Shown piece by piece: positions 1-8,353 of a stretch of 32,000 nt of DNA. Source of the stretch: Okeania sp. (GTDB taxonomy: Bacteria; Cyanobacteriota; Cyanobacteriia; Cyanobacteriales; Microcoleaceae); the NCBI RefSeq assembly GCF_035285525.1, contig NZ_JAYKGW010000258.1, positions 1 through 32,000 on the forward strand, given 5' to 3'. The position numbers and the translations under genes are program-made. Below the pieces are notes generated by a model. That model had not been told where the DNA came from and searched no databases. It was given only the letters and a program-made list of their open reading frames with translations. Within the stretch, counting starts at the first letter, position 1. The number at the start of each line of letters is the position of its first letter.

Positions 1-196
1 CCCCTTTTTCCTTTAGCTGATGTAACTCAAAATGGGTTTGCTCCAACTCTCCCAATACCTCATCTAACTGAGATTGCGATCGCTCCAACTCTTCTCTCAC
101 ATCATGGAACTCTGACTTAGTTTTGTCCAACTGTTGTTGAGTTTCTTGCCATTTGGCCTTAAATTCTTCTAGTTCTTTTTCTATTGTTGCTGCCAT
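1..196 (-). CDS. coiled-coil protein, N-terminal fragment (gene continues past the left edge)
   Basis: Reverse-strand ATG at 196-194, then an open frame to the window edge: MAATIEKELEEFKAKWQETQQQLDKTKSEFHDVREELERSQSQLDEVLGELEQTHFELHQLKEKG. The E/Q/L/K-rich heptad-like composition resembles the coiled coil of the neighbouring 1039-aa protein. It is absent from the ORF track because it is truncated. Confidence 0.55.
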   Translation of the reverse strand, partial: MAATIEKELEEFKAKWQETQQQLDKTKSEFHDVREELERSQSQLDEVLGELEQTHFELHQLKEKG

Positions 197-615
197 TAAT
201 TTATTCCTTTAATTATTAATAGAAACTTACAGCAAATTCCAAGTATAAAAAGTACAGGTATTAATAGTTAAATATTTCTATTGCGAGACAGAAAGCTCAC
301 TTAGGTGTACTTCATAAAAGTGGAATCTACTGTCATTACAAATTAGTTAATAAAATCAGATTTTCTCATCGAACTTTATCCTACAATTATTTGTTCCAAA
401 TCCTCTTATTTTTTTCAAATCTAATTTGATTTATTATGTCACCATTCACCTATTAGCAGTCAGATATTAACTTCTTAAAATTGAACCTTATGAACGACAA
501 GTTTTACTTGTCAACTAAAGGTAAATATTCAGGAAATTAACTGACTGCTGACTGCTGAATAGCTTACAGTATATTTCGGAAAAATTAGGTACAGAGTAAA
601 TGGTCAAAGTTTTGT

Positions 616-687
616 AGTGCAGGCATCTTGCCCGCGATTTTATAATAACAGAGTGCGGGCATCTTGCCCGCGATTTTATAATAACAG
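616..687. repeat. 36-bp tandem duplication; each unit carries the hairpin GCGGGCA-TCT-TGCCCGC (first copy GCAGGCA)
   Basis: AGTGC(A/G)GGCATCTTGCCCGCGATTTTATAATAACAG occurs at 616-651 and 652-687 with one mismatch. It lies 15 bp downstream of the stop of the 702..3821 gene. A related half-site GGGTATCTTGCCCGCGA is at about 28243-28259. Confidence 0.85.
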
Positions 688-701
688 AAAGCGCTGTATT
701 T

Positions 702-3700
702 TTAGCTAACTACCAAATCTTTCGACTTAATTTTCATAGTCCGCTTCATCAACTCTTGCCATTCTGTCAAATTTGTTAGTTTTTCACTATCAAATTCTAT
801 ACCTTTTGTTTGAGAGAAATTAGCAAAACTATCCAACCAGTCCATTACTATTTCTGTCCGAGAACTTTCTGCATATTTTAAAGATTTCTGAAGACGTTCT
901 TTCATCTCAATCCAATTATTATTTTGATAAGCATACCATGCTTCCCATACCAACAATTTATATTCTGTTTGACCATCTGATTTGGCATCTCTTAAAATAG
1001 TTTGTTGATATTGTAGTTTCTCTAATTCTGACTTAGTTTTTACTAATTCTTTTTGCAAGTTTTGTTGTTGAGATTGAGACTGTTGTAATAATAATTCTGT
1101 TTTCCGACGTTGACTTTGAACTTCTTGCAATACACTCTCGGTTTCTTGGAGTTTTATCTGTTTATTTTCTCCCTCTTCACGAGTTTCTTTTAATTGAGTC
1201 TGAACTTCTTGTAATAATGTCTGAGTTTCTTTTAGTTCAATTTCCTTATTTTCTATTTCTTCATTAGTTTTATTTGCCTCATTTTGATACTCTTTTGATA
1301 AAGTTTTGGCTTGTTTTAATTGAGTTTGAATTTCCTGCAATACTGACTGAGTTTTATTTAGTTCAATTTCTTTATTTTCTCGTTCTTTATCAGCTTGATT
1401 TAGCTGAGTTTTATATTCTGCTAATAAAGTTTTTGTTTGTTTTAATTGATTCTGAATTTCCTGCAATACTGATTGAGTTTTATTTAGTTCAATTTCTTTA
1501 TTTTCTCGTTTTTTATCTACTTGATTTAGCTGAGTTTGATACTCTTGCCTCAATTTTTCTGTTTGCTGAAGTTTTGAATTAGACTCTAATAATTCTGTTT
1601 GCAGTTCTTGAATTTGTAGTTGTGATCGCTTCAATTCTTGTTTGGTTTTGTGTAACTGAGATTTTGATATTTCCCATTCATTTTGACTTTTTCTAATTTC
1701 TTTTAGTTCAGAATTAGATTTGGTTAATTCTGTTTGAGTTTGGTTTAATTGAGATTTTGTTTCTTGTAATTCTTGGCTAGTTTTTTCTAATTCTGATTTA
1801 GACTCAGTTAATTCTGTTTGAGTTTGGTTTAATTGAGATTTTGTTTCTTGTAATTCTTGGCTAGTTTTTTCTAAATCCGATTTAGACTTTTCTAATTCAG
1901 TCTCTTTTGCTTGCAATATATCTTCAGTTTTTGTCAACTGAGACTTAGTTTGTTGTTCTTTTTCTTCAGTCTGTTTTAACTGAGATTCAGTTGTTTTTAA
2001 AACTGATTTTGTTTCCTGTAGTTGTAACTGAGATTCTTGGAGTCTTGCCTCAGTTTCGGTTAATTGAGACTGAGATTTTTCCCACTCTTCCTGACTTTGA
2101 TGCAACTGATATTTATAAGCTACTAATTCTCTTCTACTTTCAGACAAATTTTGTTTGGTAACACCTAAATCTACCTGAGTTGTTTGCAGTTCTGAACTTG
2201 TATTTTCTAATGCTATTTTTACATCTTTTAAATCTTGCTGAGATTTAAGTAACTCTGCCTCTGTTTGAACTAACTTTGATTGAGAATCTTCCCAAATTTC
2301 TTGAGTTTGATGCAGTTGATGTTGGTAAATTTTTTGTTTAGTTTTAGTTTCAGACAAATTATATTTTGTCTGTACTAATTCTGCTTGACTTTGTTTATAT
2401 TGTAAATTTGATTGTTCTAATAATTCTTCTTTTTCTTCTAACTGAAACTGATATTTTTGACACAATGACTCTGTTTCTTGAAATCTATATACATATTGTT
2501 CTAAATCTTCTTGACTTTGAGTTATTTCTAACTTACACTTTTCTAATTCATCTTGGGTTTGACGTAACTGAAATTCTGTCTCCTTAAATTTTTGTTGTTT
2601 CTCTTGAGATTTTTTTAAATCTTTTTCTGTCTGCTCTAGTTTTAACTTAGATTCTCTTAGTTCATTTTCAGTTTTCTTTAACTCAGATTTAGATTGACTT
2701 AATTCATTTTCTGTTTGGTCAAACTTAATTTTAATATCTTTAACTTTTTCCAGTTCAAATTTAGTTTCTTCTAATACTTTTTCCGTAGTTTCAAGTTGTT
2801 TTTGAGATTCTAATAATTTTGTTTCTTTCTCGTTAAACTGAATCAAATATTTTTCTAAATCCTCTTGTACTTGTGTTAACTCCAACTCAGCTTCGGTTAA
2901 GTCTGATTGACTTTTTTCTGATTGATTTTTATAAGTTTCTAGTTTTGATAGTAAAAATTTATTTTGACTTTCTAAACCAGATAACTTCATCCAATCTTGA
3001 AACGCCCAACTTCTGTAGGGAGACGACTTAATTTTTTCTTGCCAAGAAAAATCTGATATTTCAGATTCTGGTTTCCATGCTCTTGCTTCTAATTCCTGAT
3101 ACATTTCTGTCGCTTCAGGAAAGTAATAATCTATAATAGTTAGTCTATGACTTTCTTGGGAAACTCGATCGTTAAATAATGATATATTCTCAAGATTCCC
3201 AACCGAATCATTAAAATTTGTCTGAAACTTTTGATTAATTTTTTTAACAAATAATTGTTGGTTATTAACTACTGTCTGAACATTTATTAAAACACAACGA
3301 TTAATAGCATGATTATAAAAATTAATAACTTTCTGGTTGTAATGTAACCATAATTTCACTGCCATTTCTGGTTTACTTTTAAATATATTATCTCCCCCAC
3401 CATAAAGAGAATCAACCACTTCCCAAGGCGAACGATAAATCAAAATAAACTTAGCATTAGGTATTAAATTTGCCCAAAAATCTAAGAACAAAGTTGTTCT
3501 AGTTTCCTTCCATCCCCAATTACCAGTTATCGAATTTTTCGCGATAATTTCTTCAGCTTTTTCTCGAAAATTTTCTTCTACATCTATTTTTTCTTGTAAA
3601 GTCCATCCATTCCGATCTATACCTTGAGATTCTAATACTTGTTTATGAAATTCATATAAATCTAAATTCTCAAAATATCCTTGATAATTTTCATCTTTTT

Positions 3701-3821
3701 CCTTGATTAATTTCTGACCTATATGCAAACCTGCACTTTGCAGAATAGAAGTTGTTAAGGAACTTCCAGAACAGTGCATACTGGTAATTATAAAAATAGA
3801 TTTTTCTGTTTTTTGGTTCAT
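702..3821 (-). CDS. sulfotransferase-domain protein fused to a repetitive coiled coil of about 700 aa
   Basis: 1039-aa ORF. The N-terminal ~210 aa have sulfotransferase-like PAPS-binding motifs (IFIITSMHCSGSSLTT as 5'-PSB-like; ILIYRSPWEVVDS as 3'-PB-like). Residues ~290-940 are Q/E/K/L/T-rich heptad sequence with internal repeats. One is a 28-aa unit KTSQELQETKSQLNQTQTELTESKSELE x2 (84-bp DNA period, about 1705-1880). The other is a 42-aa unit QLNQ.DK.RENKEIELNKTQSVLQEIQ.QLKQ.KTL..EYKT x2 plus diverged copies (126-bp period, about 1200-1570). The C-terminal ~100 aa are a non-repetitive, W-rich domain. Confidence 0.8.
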   Translation of the reverse strand: MNQKTEKSIFIITSMHCSGSSLTTSILQSAGLHIGQKLIKEKDENYQGYFENLDLYEFHKQVLESQGIDRNGWTLQEKIDVEENFREKAEEIIAKNSITGNWGWKETRTTLFLDFWANLIPNAKFILIYRSPWEVVDSLYGGGDNIFKSKPEMAVKLWLHYNQKVINFYNHAINRCVLINVQTVVNNQQLFVKKINQKFQTNFNDSVGNLENISLFNDRVSQESHRLTIIDYYFPEATEMYQELEARAWKPESEISDFSWQEKIKSSPYRSWAFQDWMKLSGLESQNKFLLSKLETYKNQSEKSQSDLTEAELELTQVQEDLEKYLIQFNEKETKLLESQKQLETTEKVLEETKFELEKVKDIKIKFDQTENELSQSKSELKKTENELRESKLKLEQTEKDLKKSQEKQQKFKETEFQLRQTQDELEKCKLEITQSQEDLEQYVYRFQETESLCQKYQFQLEEKEELLEQSNLQYKQSQAELVQTKYNLSETKTKQKIYQHQLHQTQEIWEDSQSKLVQTEAELLKSQQDLKDVKIALENTSSELQTTQVDLGVTKQNLSESRRELVAYKYQLHQSQEEWEKSQSQLTETEARLQESQLQLQETKSVLKTTESQLKQTEEKEQQTKSQLTKTEDILQAKETELEKSKSDLEKTSQELQETKSQLNQTQTELTESKSELEKTSQELQETKSQLNQTQTELTKSNSELKEIRKSQNEWEISKSQLHKTKQELKRSQLQIQELQTELLESNSKLQQTEKLRQEYQTQLNQVDKKRENKEIELNKTQSVLQEIQNQLKQTKTLLAEYKTQLNQADKERENKEIELNKTQSVLQEIQTQLKQAKTLSKEYQNEANKTNEEIENKEIELKETQTLLQEVQTQLKETREEGENKQIKLQETESVLQEVQSQRRKTELLLQQSQSQQQNLQKELVKTKSELEKLQYQQTILRDAKSDGQTEYKLLVWEAWYAYQNNNWIEMKERLQKSLKYAESSRTEIVMDWLDSFANFSQTKGIEFDSEKLTNLTEWQELMKRTMKIKSKDLVVS

Positions 3822-3869
3822 AATAAATAGTAGATTTCGGTTGATTACTGGATATAAATAATTTAGTTG

Positions 3870-3916
3870 ATAAGCATTTCCTGGCGAATGCTACCCAAAC
3901 AGCGGTCAGCTATTAG
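3870..3916. repeat. GTAAGCATT-family repeat end (ATAAGCATTTCCTGGCGAATGCTACCCAAACAGCGGTCAGCTATTAG)
   Basis: Shares the motif (G/A)TAAGCATTTCCTG-N5-6-ATGCTGCGCAAACAG with 5175-5207, and in reverse orientation with 4338-4382 and 20101-20162. Confidence 0.6.
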
Positions 3917-4798
3917 TTGTCAACTATTGATCTAAAAATTAGATAAAAACTTTATCAATTGAAGTAAGTTTAACTTTAAGCATTCAGGAGCCAGCATTTA
4001 GCAGTTAGCTATTTATTTGACTTTGAGATATAGTCATTCTGGTTTAGACTGAGACAATCATTTCTTACTCTTAAAAGTTTCAGCTAAAAAAATGTTTCAT
4101 TCTTATTCAGAATAACTATAAAAGCTTGATGATACGACTCCCGATCAATCAACAATTTTATCTGATACAAAATTAAGCTTTCACTTTCCTTATTCCCTTA
4201 AATATCCTCCTTAATATTAAGCTTTTTATTGCTGTTAGCTGACAGCTATTAGCTTAATGCTTACGTTTAATTTTACTATCAAAGCCGATTTTATAGGTTA
4301 TCTTCATTTCCAAATTATAGTTCAGCTTTAGATAATTGATGGCTAATAGCTGTTGGCGCACCATGACCCAGGAAATGCTTATATAGAATTTTATTTTTCC
4401 CGTTCTGCAAATAATTAATTTTTTTGAGTATAGCTTGCTCAGAAATTAATTTTCTACTTCATAGCTAAAGTTCCTGTGCAAGATAAATTAAATTACTAAA
4501 TCATTTACAGTAAATAATATAGTAGCTTAACACACCTAAAATGTTCCCATATTATTGACAGATACTGAGTTAAACAAATGAATTTTCAGATTTAATCAAA
4601 TAAACCTGCCTCTAATAATATATAGCAACTCTCATACTTGTGACCTACAAAATTCCTAATTTTAGGGAACAGGACACAGGTAATAGGATAAAAATAGATG
4701 TACCTTATCACTATGAAAAATGCTATATAACCTATTCTTCTTAGATGTGTTAGTGTAGCAAATATTGAGGATAAATTTAATAAATAATATCAAATCCA

Positions 4799-4911
4799 TT
4801 AGACATCTCCTCCAAATGAGGGAACACTTAACTGGGAAAAGAGAACAGGGAAAAAGAATTGATAATTTATAGGTAATAATTGATTTTACTTTTTATTTTT
4901 GGAGATGTCTA
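4799..4911. repeat. inverted repeat TAGACATCTCC ... GGAGATGTCTA enclosing about 90 bp
   Basis: The 11-bp arms are at about 4799-4810 and 4901-4911, extended by AAA/TTT. The interior contains GGGAACA/GAGAACAGGG motifs also seen at 4667-4690 and 23937-23957. Confidence 0.5.
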
Positions 4912-5061
4912 TTAGTATTGGTATAATTCAATATTGTAGAGGTTTGGTCTTCAAATCTTAGCATTCAGCAATCAGCTTTTGAAGCAAATCTATAATTTTC
5001 GGTCATACATAAATATATAATAGTTTGACAATGCGAAATATATGATTGAAAAGTAGAATTT

Positions 5062-5166
5062 CAGGACTAAAGTCATCTGAACCCAGAAACCGGGTACGAG
5101 GGTAGACATCTATTGTTCCAAACAACGATTTATCCTAGAAACCGATTTTTTTGTGTAAGTCCTAAA
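5062..5166. mobile_element. degenerate member of the CAGGACTTACGC-terminus MITE-like family
   Basis: Left end CAGGACTAAAG and right end GTGTAAGTCCTA; compare the 12-bp TIRs at 28125/28200 and 14174/14520. The interior carries AGAAACCGGGT and AGAAACCGAT motifs related to the 23897-23936 palindromes. Confidence 0.35.
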
Positions 5167-5174
5167 GTTAAAAG

Positions 5175-5352
5175 GTAAGCATTTCCTGGGTCATGCTGCG
5201 CAAACAGTAATAAAACTCAGCTTTTATAGTAAGATATGGTTTGGTCTTAATTAATAAAACTATTACCTCAAACCAATTAAACTAGCTCAATTAATAAAGC
5301 TCTATATCGAAAACTAAAGATAATAGTTGATAGCTGACGGCTGAATGCTTAC
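5175..5352. mobile_element. MITE-like element with GTAAGCATT / AATGCTTAC termini
   Basis: Left end GTAAGCATTTCCTGGGTCATGCTGCGCAAACAG. Right end GTTGATAGCTGACGGCTGAATGCTTAC. It has 9-bp terminal inverted repeats and no ORF. Confidence 0.5.
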
Positions 5353-5474
5353 ATTAAAAGAATGCTTGTCATTCTATTTTTATTCTGCTTGAGCTAACTG
5401 CTCAAGTGCTAATAACTGAAAGCTTACATATTGCTTAAATTCTAATTATCAAATTAAGGAAATTTTACACAAAA

Positions 5475-5975
5475 ATGTCAACAACAACAACAGAAACAGA
5501 AACCAGTGTTAACTATCTCCATATTGGAAATAAATTATTAAGACAAGGCAACCTACCCGAAGCTACCGATGCTTACCAACAAGTAATTAAACTTAATCCT
5601 AAATCAGCAGTTGCTTATCAAAATTTAGGAGAAACTCTCAGTTTACAAGGCAATTTAGAGGAAGCTGCAAATATTTATAACCAAGCAATTAAACTACAGA
5701 AAAATAATCCTTGGTCTTATTATTATTTAGGAGAAATTCTGATTAAACTTGAGAGATTTGAGGAAGCAGTTATTTATCTACGTCAAGCCATCGAACTTAC
5801 TCCAGATTTTCCCAATTTTTATCATAGTTTAGGATTAGCTTTGGCAAAACAAGGATTATTTGATGAGGCAATAACTACTTATCATCGCGCTCTCGAAATA
5901 GAACCCAATTCTATCTTCACTTATCAATATTTAGGTGAAGCATTAGCCAGTCAAAAAAATGGGATGAAGCTATAG
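5475..5975 (+). CDS. TPR-repeat protein, 5' portion (frame interrupted in an A7 run at 5953-5959)
   Basis: 166-aa ORF made of 34-aa TPR units (..AYQNLGETLSLQGNLEEAANIYNQAIKL..). It ends 5 codons after the A7 run. The TPR-coding sequence continues in the -1 frame. Confidence 0.75.
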   Translation: MSTTTTETETSVNYLHIGNKLLRQGNLPEATDAYQQVIKLNPKSAVAYQNLGETLSLQGNLEEAANIYNQAIKLQKNNPWSYYYLGEILIKLERFEEAVIYLRQAIELTPDFPNFYHSLGLALAKQGLFDEAITTYHRALEIEPNSIFTYQYLGEALASQKNGMKL

Positions 5976-6025
5976 AAAGTTTCAATCAAGCTATTAAAAT
6001 AAATCCTTATTTATCAGAATGCCAT

Positions 6026-6940
6026 TTGGCTTTAGGCAAAGTTCTAGAAAATGCTGGTCAAACAGAATCATCTATTAATTCTTATCGTCATGCTCTGGAA
6101 TTAAATCCCAATTTAGCTGAAGCTTACTATTACATTGCTTTATCTTTAACTAAATTACAAAAATGGGAAGAAGTAATTAATTCTTGCCAACAAGCTATCT
6201 CTCTAAATTTTAAAAATGCAGAAATTTATCATTATTTAGGAGCAGCTTTTACCCAACTGCAAAAATGGGAAGAAGCAATTTCTGCCTATCAAAATGCAAT
6301 TGAATTTAATCCTAACTCTCCAGTAATTCATCATCAATTAGCTTATGCTTTAGCTCAACTAAAACAGTGGGAAAAAGCTGAACTTGAATATCGAGAAGTT
6401 CTCAGAATTAATCCTAATGCAGCAGTAGTTTATAACCAATTAGGACAAGCATTAACAGAAATGCAGAGGTGGGAAGAAGCAATCAATTGTTATCAGAAAG
6501 CTGTAGAAATTAAGCCAGATAATCAAAAATTTAATCAACACCTACAAGAAGCATTAGGAAGAAAAGAAGAACAGAATAGAACCGCAATTGAATCTCGTTT
6601 AAAGTTAGCAGAAATGATGCAGCAACAAGGATTTATGGATGAGGCTATTTCTGCTTATCATCAAGCAATAAATCTTAATCCTAATGCTGCTGATTTACAT
6701 CATAAATTAGGGTATGCTTTGGCAACTATGGAAAAATGGGAAGATGCTGTTTCTGCTTATCGTCGGGCAATTGAACTTCATCCAAATTCGGCAGTTGTAC
6801 ATTATCATTTAGGTCAAGCTTTGTCACATTTAAGTTTAGATGAAGAAGCAATATCCTCCCTCAAAAAAGCTATTGAACTTAAACCCGATTTGTCTAGCGC
6901 TCATCAAGCTTTAGAAAAATTACAGGCAAAACAAAATTAA
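6026..6940 (+). CDS. TPR-repeat protein, 3' portion (same gene as 5475..5975 by repeat register)
   Basis: The 304-aa track ORF starts at a TTG, but its frame is open from 5939. From 5960 it reads WDEAIESFNQAIKINPYLSECHLALGK, which is in perfect TPR register with the upstream ORF. Multiple ..KWEEAI..Y..AI..NPN.. units follow. Confidence 0.75.
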   Translation: MALGKVLENAGQTESSINSYRHALELNPNLAEAYYYIALSLTKLQKWEEVINSCQQAISLNFKNAEIYHYLGAAFTQLQKWEEAISAYQNAIEFNPNSPVIHHQLAYALAQLKQWEKAELEYREVLRINPNAAVVYNQLGQALTEMQRWEEAINCYQKAVEIKPDNQKFNQHLQEALGRKEEQNRTAIESRLKLAEMMQQQGFMDEAISAYHQAINLNPNAADLHHKLGYALATMEKWEDAVSAYRRAIELHPNSAVVHYHLGQALSHLSLDEEAISSLKKAIELKPDLSSAHQALEKLQAKQN

Positions 6941-6954
6941 GTTAACTGATATAT

Positions 6955-7345
6955 TAGGAAATAGGAAATAGAGAAAACTTAGCAGAGAATAGTTGGAAAA
7001 AATTTCTGCTATTTAATCTAATCTAAGATTTCTTATTACTCTATTTCCTAATCAAATTATTTCAGGGAAAACTTAACAGAGAACAGAGAATAGTTGGAAA
7101 AAATTTCTGCTATTTAATCTAATCTAAGATTTCTTATTACTCTATTTCCTAATCAAGTTCTTTTAGAGAAAACTTAACAGAGAACAGAGAATAGTTGGAA
7201 AAAATTTCTGCTATTTAATCTAATCTAAGATTTCTTATTACTCTATTTCCTAATCAAATTATTTGAGGGAAAACTTAAAAGAGAACAGAGAATAGTTGGA
7301 AAAAATTTCTGCTATCTAAGATTCATTATTACTCTATTTGTAAGC
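6955..7345. repeat. 101-bp tandem repeat, about 3.6 copies
   Basis: GAGAATAGTTGGAAAAAATTTCTGCTATTTAATCTAATCTAAGATTTCTTATTACTCTATTTCCTAATCAA... recurs with anchors at 6985, 7086, 7187 and 7288, an exact 101-bp period. The last unit carries an internal deletion. The array begins about 15 bp after the TPR stop codon. The period is not a multiple of 3 and there is no ORF. Confidence 0.9.
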
Positions 7346-7570
7346 ATTCAGCAGTCAGCTATCAGCTATCAGCTATTTAGGGCTTACGTATGGAAATCTA
7401 AAACTATTTACATATAAAGATTATAGCCTTTTTAAATGCTGAAAAAGTGGAGCTTTATTCAGCTAAAACTACCAAAAAGTTAGGATATTAGGGAGGCTAA
7501 GGATGAAAAAACAGGAAAAATTATTCCTCTATTATTGCTGATAACTGACGGCTAATAACTGAATGCTTAC
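7340..7570. mobile_element. MITE-like element with imperfect TIRs of about 30 bp (GTAAGCATTCAGC + heptads)
   Basis: Left end GTAAGCATTCAGCAGTCAGCTATCAGCTATCAGC. The reverse complement of the right end is GTAAGCATTCAGTTATTAGCCGTCAGTTATCAGC. There is no ORF inside. Confidence 0.55.
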
Positions 7571-7817
7571 GTCGATTTCCTACTCAAATTCTTTATTAGC
7601 TATATTATTTATAGTAGATGAAGCTAATTAAAATTAGTGGCGAGTTTCAATCTCCCATTAATTTTTACTTCTCACTTTATCCAACTTTCTTTTATGTCTA
7701 TAAATTTCACTTTACCGGACTCAAATTTCAAGAAATGCAAAAATCCTACACTTATAAATTTTAACTTTTGATTTGCCTCTAGCACAACGTAGTAATCGTA
7801 AATGATTTGCCAAAAAA

Positions 7818-7848
7818 CTGTAGGGGTTTGGAGACCAAACCCCTACGG
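7818..7848. repeat. GC-rich palindrome GTAGGGGTTTGG-AGA-CCAAACCCCTAC
   Basis: 12-bp perfect stem (7820-7831 / 7835-7846) with a 3-nt loop. A half-site GAGACCAAACCCCTACG recurs at about 30073-30090. Confidence 0.85.
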
Positions 7849-7894
7849 TAAAATGTTACAAGCTATTTATAATTAGAACTTGCTGATGATAAAG

Positions 7895-8075
7895 TATAGG
7901 AATATTAACAGATAGATGTAAAAGCCTTTTTAGGTTAAAATAAAGTACCAGATTTTTGTCTAAGAACCTGCGGTTCCCGAAAAATCAAAAAGTTAGGTAT
8001 TTGTGCAAGAGTTGGGCAGAAAAATTATCCCTTGATTTTTATGATTGCCTCCTGTCTAACTCCCTATTCCCGTTG
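7895..8075 (-). repeat. copy (reverse orientation, 3'-truncated) of the ~190-bp CCCTAG-family repeat
   Basis: The reverse complement reads GGGAATAGGGAG..GGATAATTTTTCTGCCC..CCTAACTTTTT..GGTACTTTATTTT..AAAAAGGCTTTTA. These blocks are in the same order as in the copies at 12804-13115, 13125-13313 and 25540-25730. Confidence 0.5.
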
Positions 8076-8114
8076 AGTATGTAGGGACGCCATTATTAAA
8101 CGTCCCTACATACT
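8076..8114. repeat. palindrome AGTATGTAGGGACG-(11 nt)-CGTCCCTACATACT
   Basis: 14-bp perfect stem (8076-8089 / 8101-8114). A half-site CGTCCCTACAAAAG is at about 12957-12969. Confidence 0.85.
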
Positions 8115-8353
8115 TCCTGCTCCCTACAAATAGCAAAAAAACTTTCCATAAACAAACCCTAATTACTATAATATTAGTGGCAATTTTTCAACTGTCTACT
8201 TTCAAAATAATTCAACTTCCCGATATTAATAGTAATATATCAAATTTGCCTAATTCCTCAGATGTTATAATCAAAATAGTGGCATATATCTCTCACTATC
8301 TAGAGAGCAAAATCCCTAAAGTTAAACCATAGAGTTAATCAAGGAATTTAACC

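Noticed and set aside
1274-2587. Plus-strand ORFs 1274-1582 and 2366-2587, antisense to the coiled-coil gene
   Set aside because: Their F/L/I-rich low-complexity translations mirror the repeats of the opposite-strand gene. They are antisense artefacts of an A/G-rich coding strand.
6955-7345. The 101-bp array as a CRISPR array or replication iterons
   Set aside because: The units are contiguous with no unique spacers, the period is far longer than CRISPR repeats or iterons, and there are no cas or rep genes nearby.
7633-7665. GTGGCGAGTTTCAATCTCCCATTAATTT, which resembles a cyanobacterial CRISPR repeat
   Set aside because: There is only a single occurrence, with no regularly spaced copies or spacers. 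Loosely similar TAGTGGC-containing strings at about 8174 and 8278 are too diverged and too irregularly spaced.
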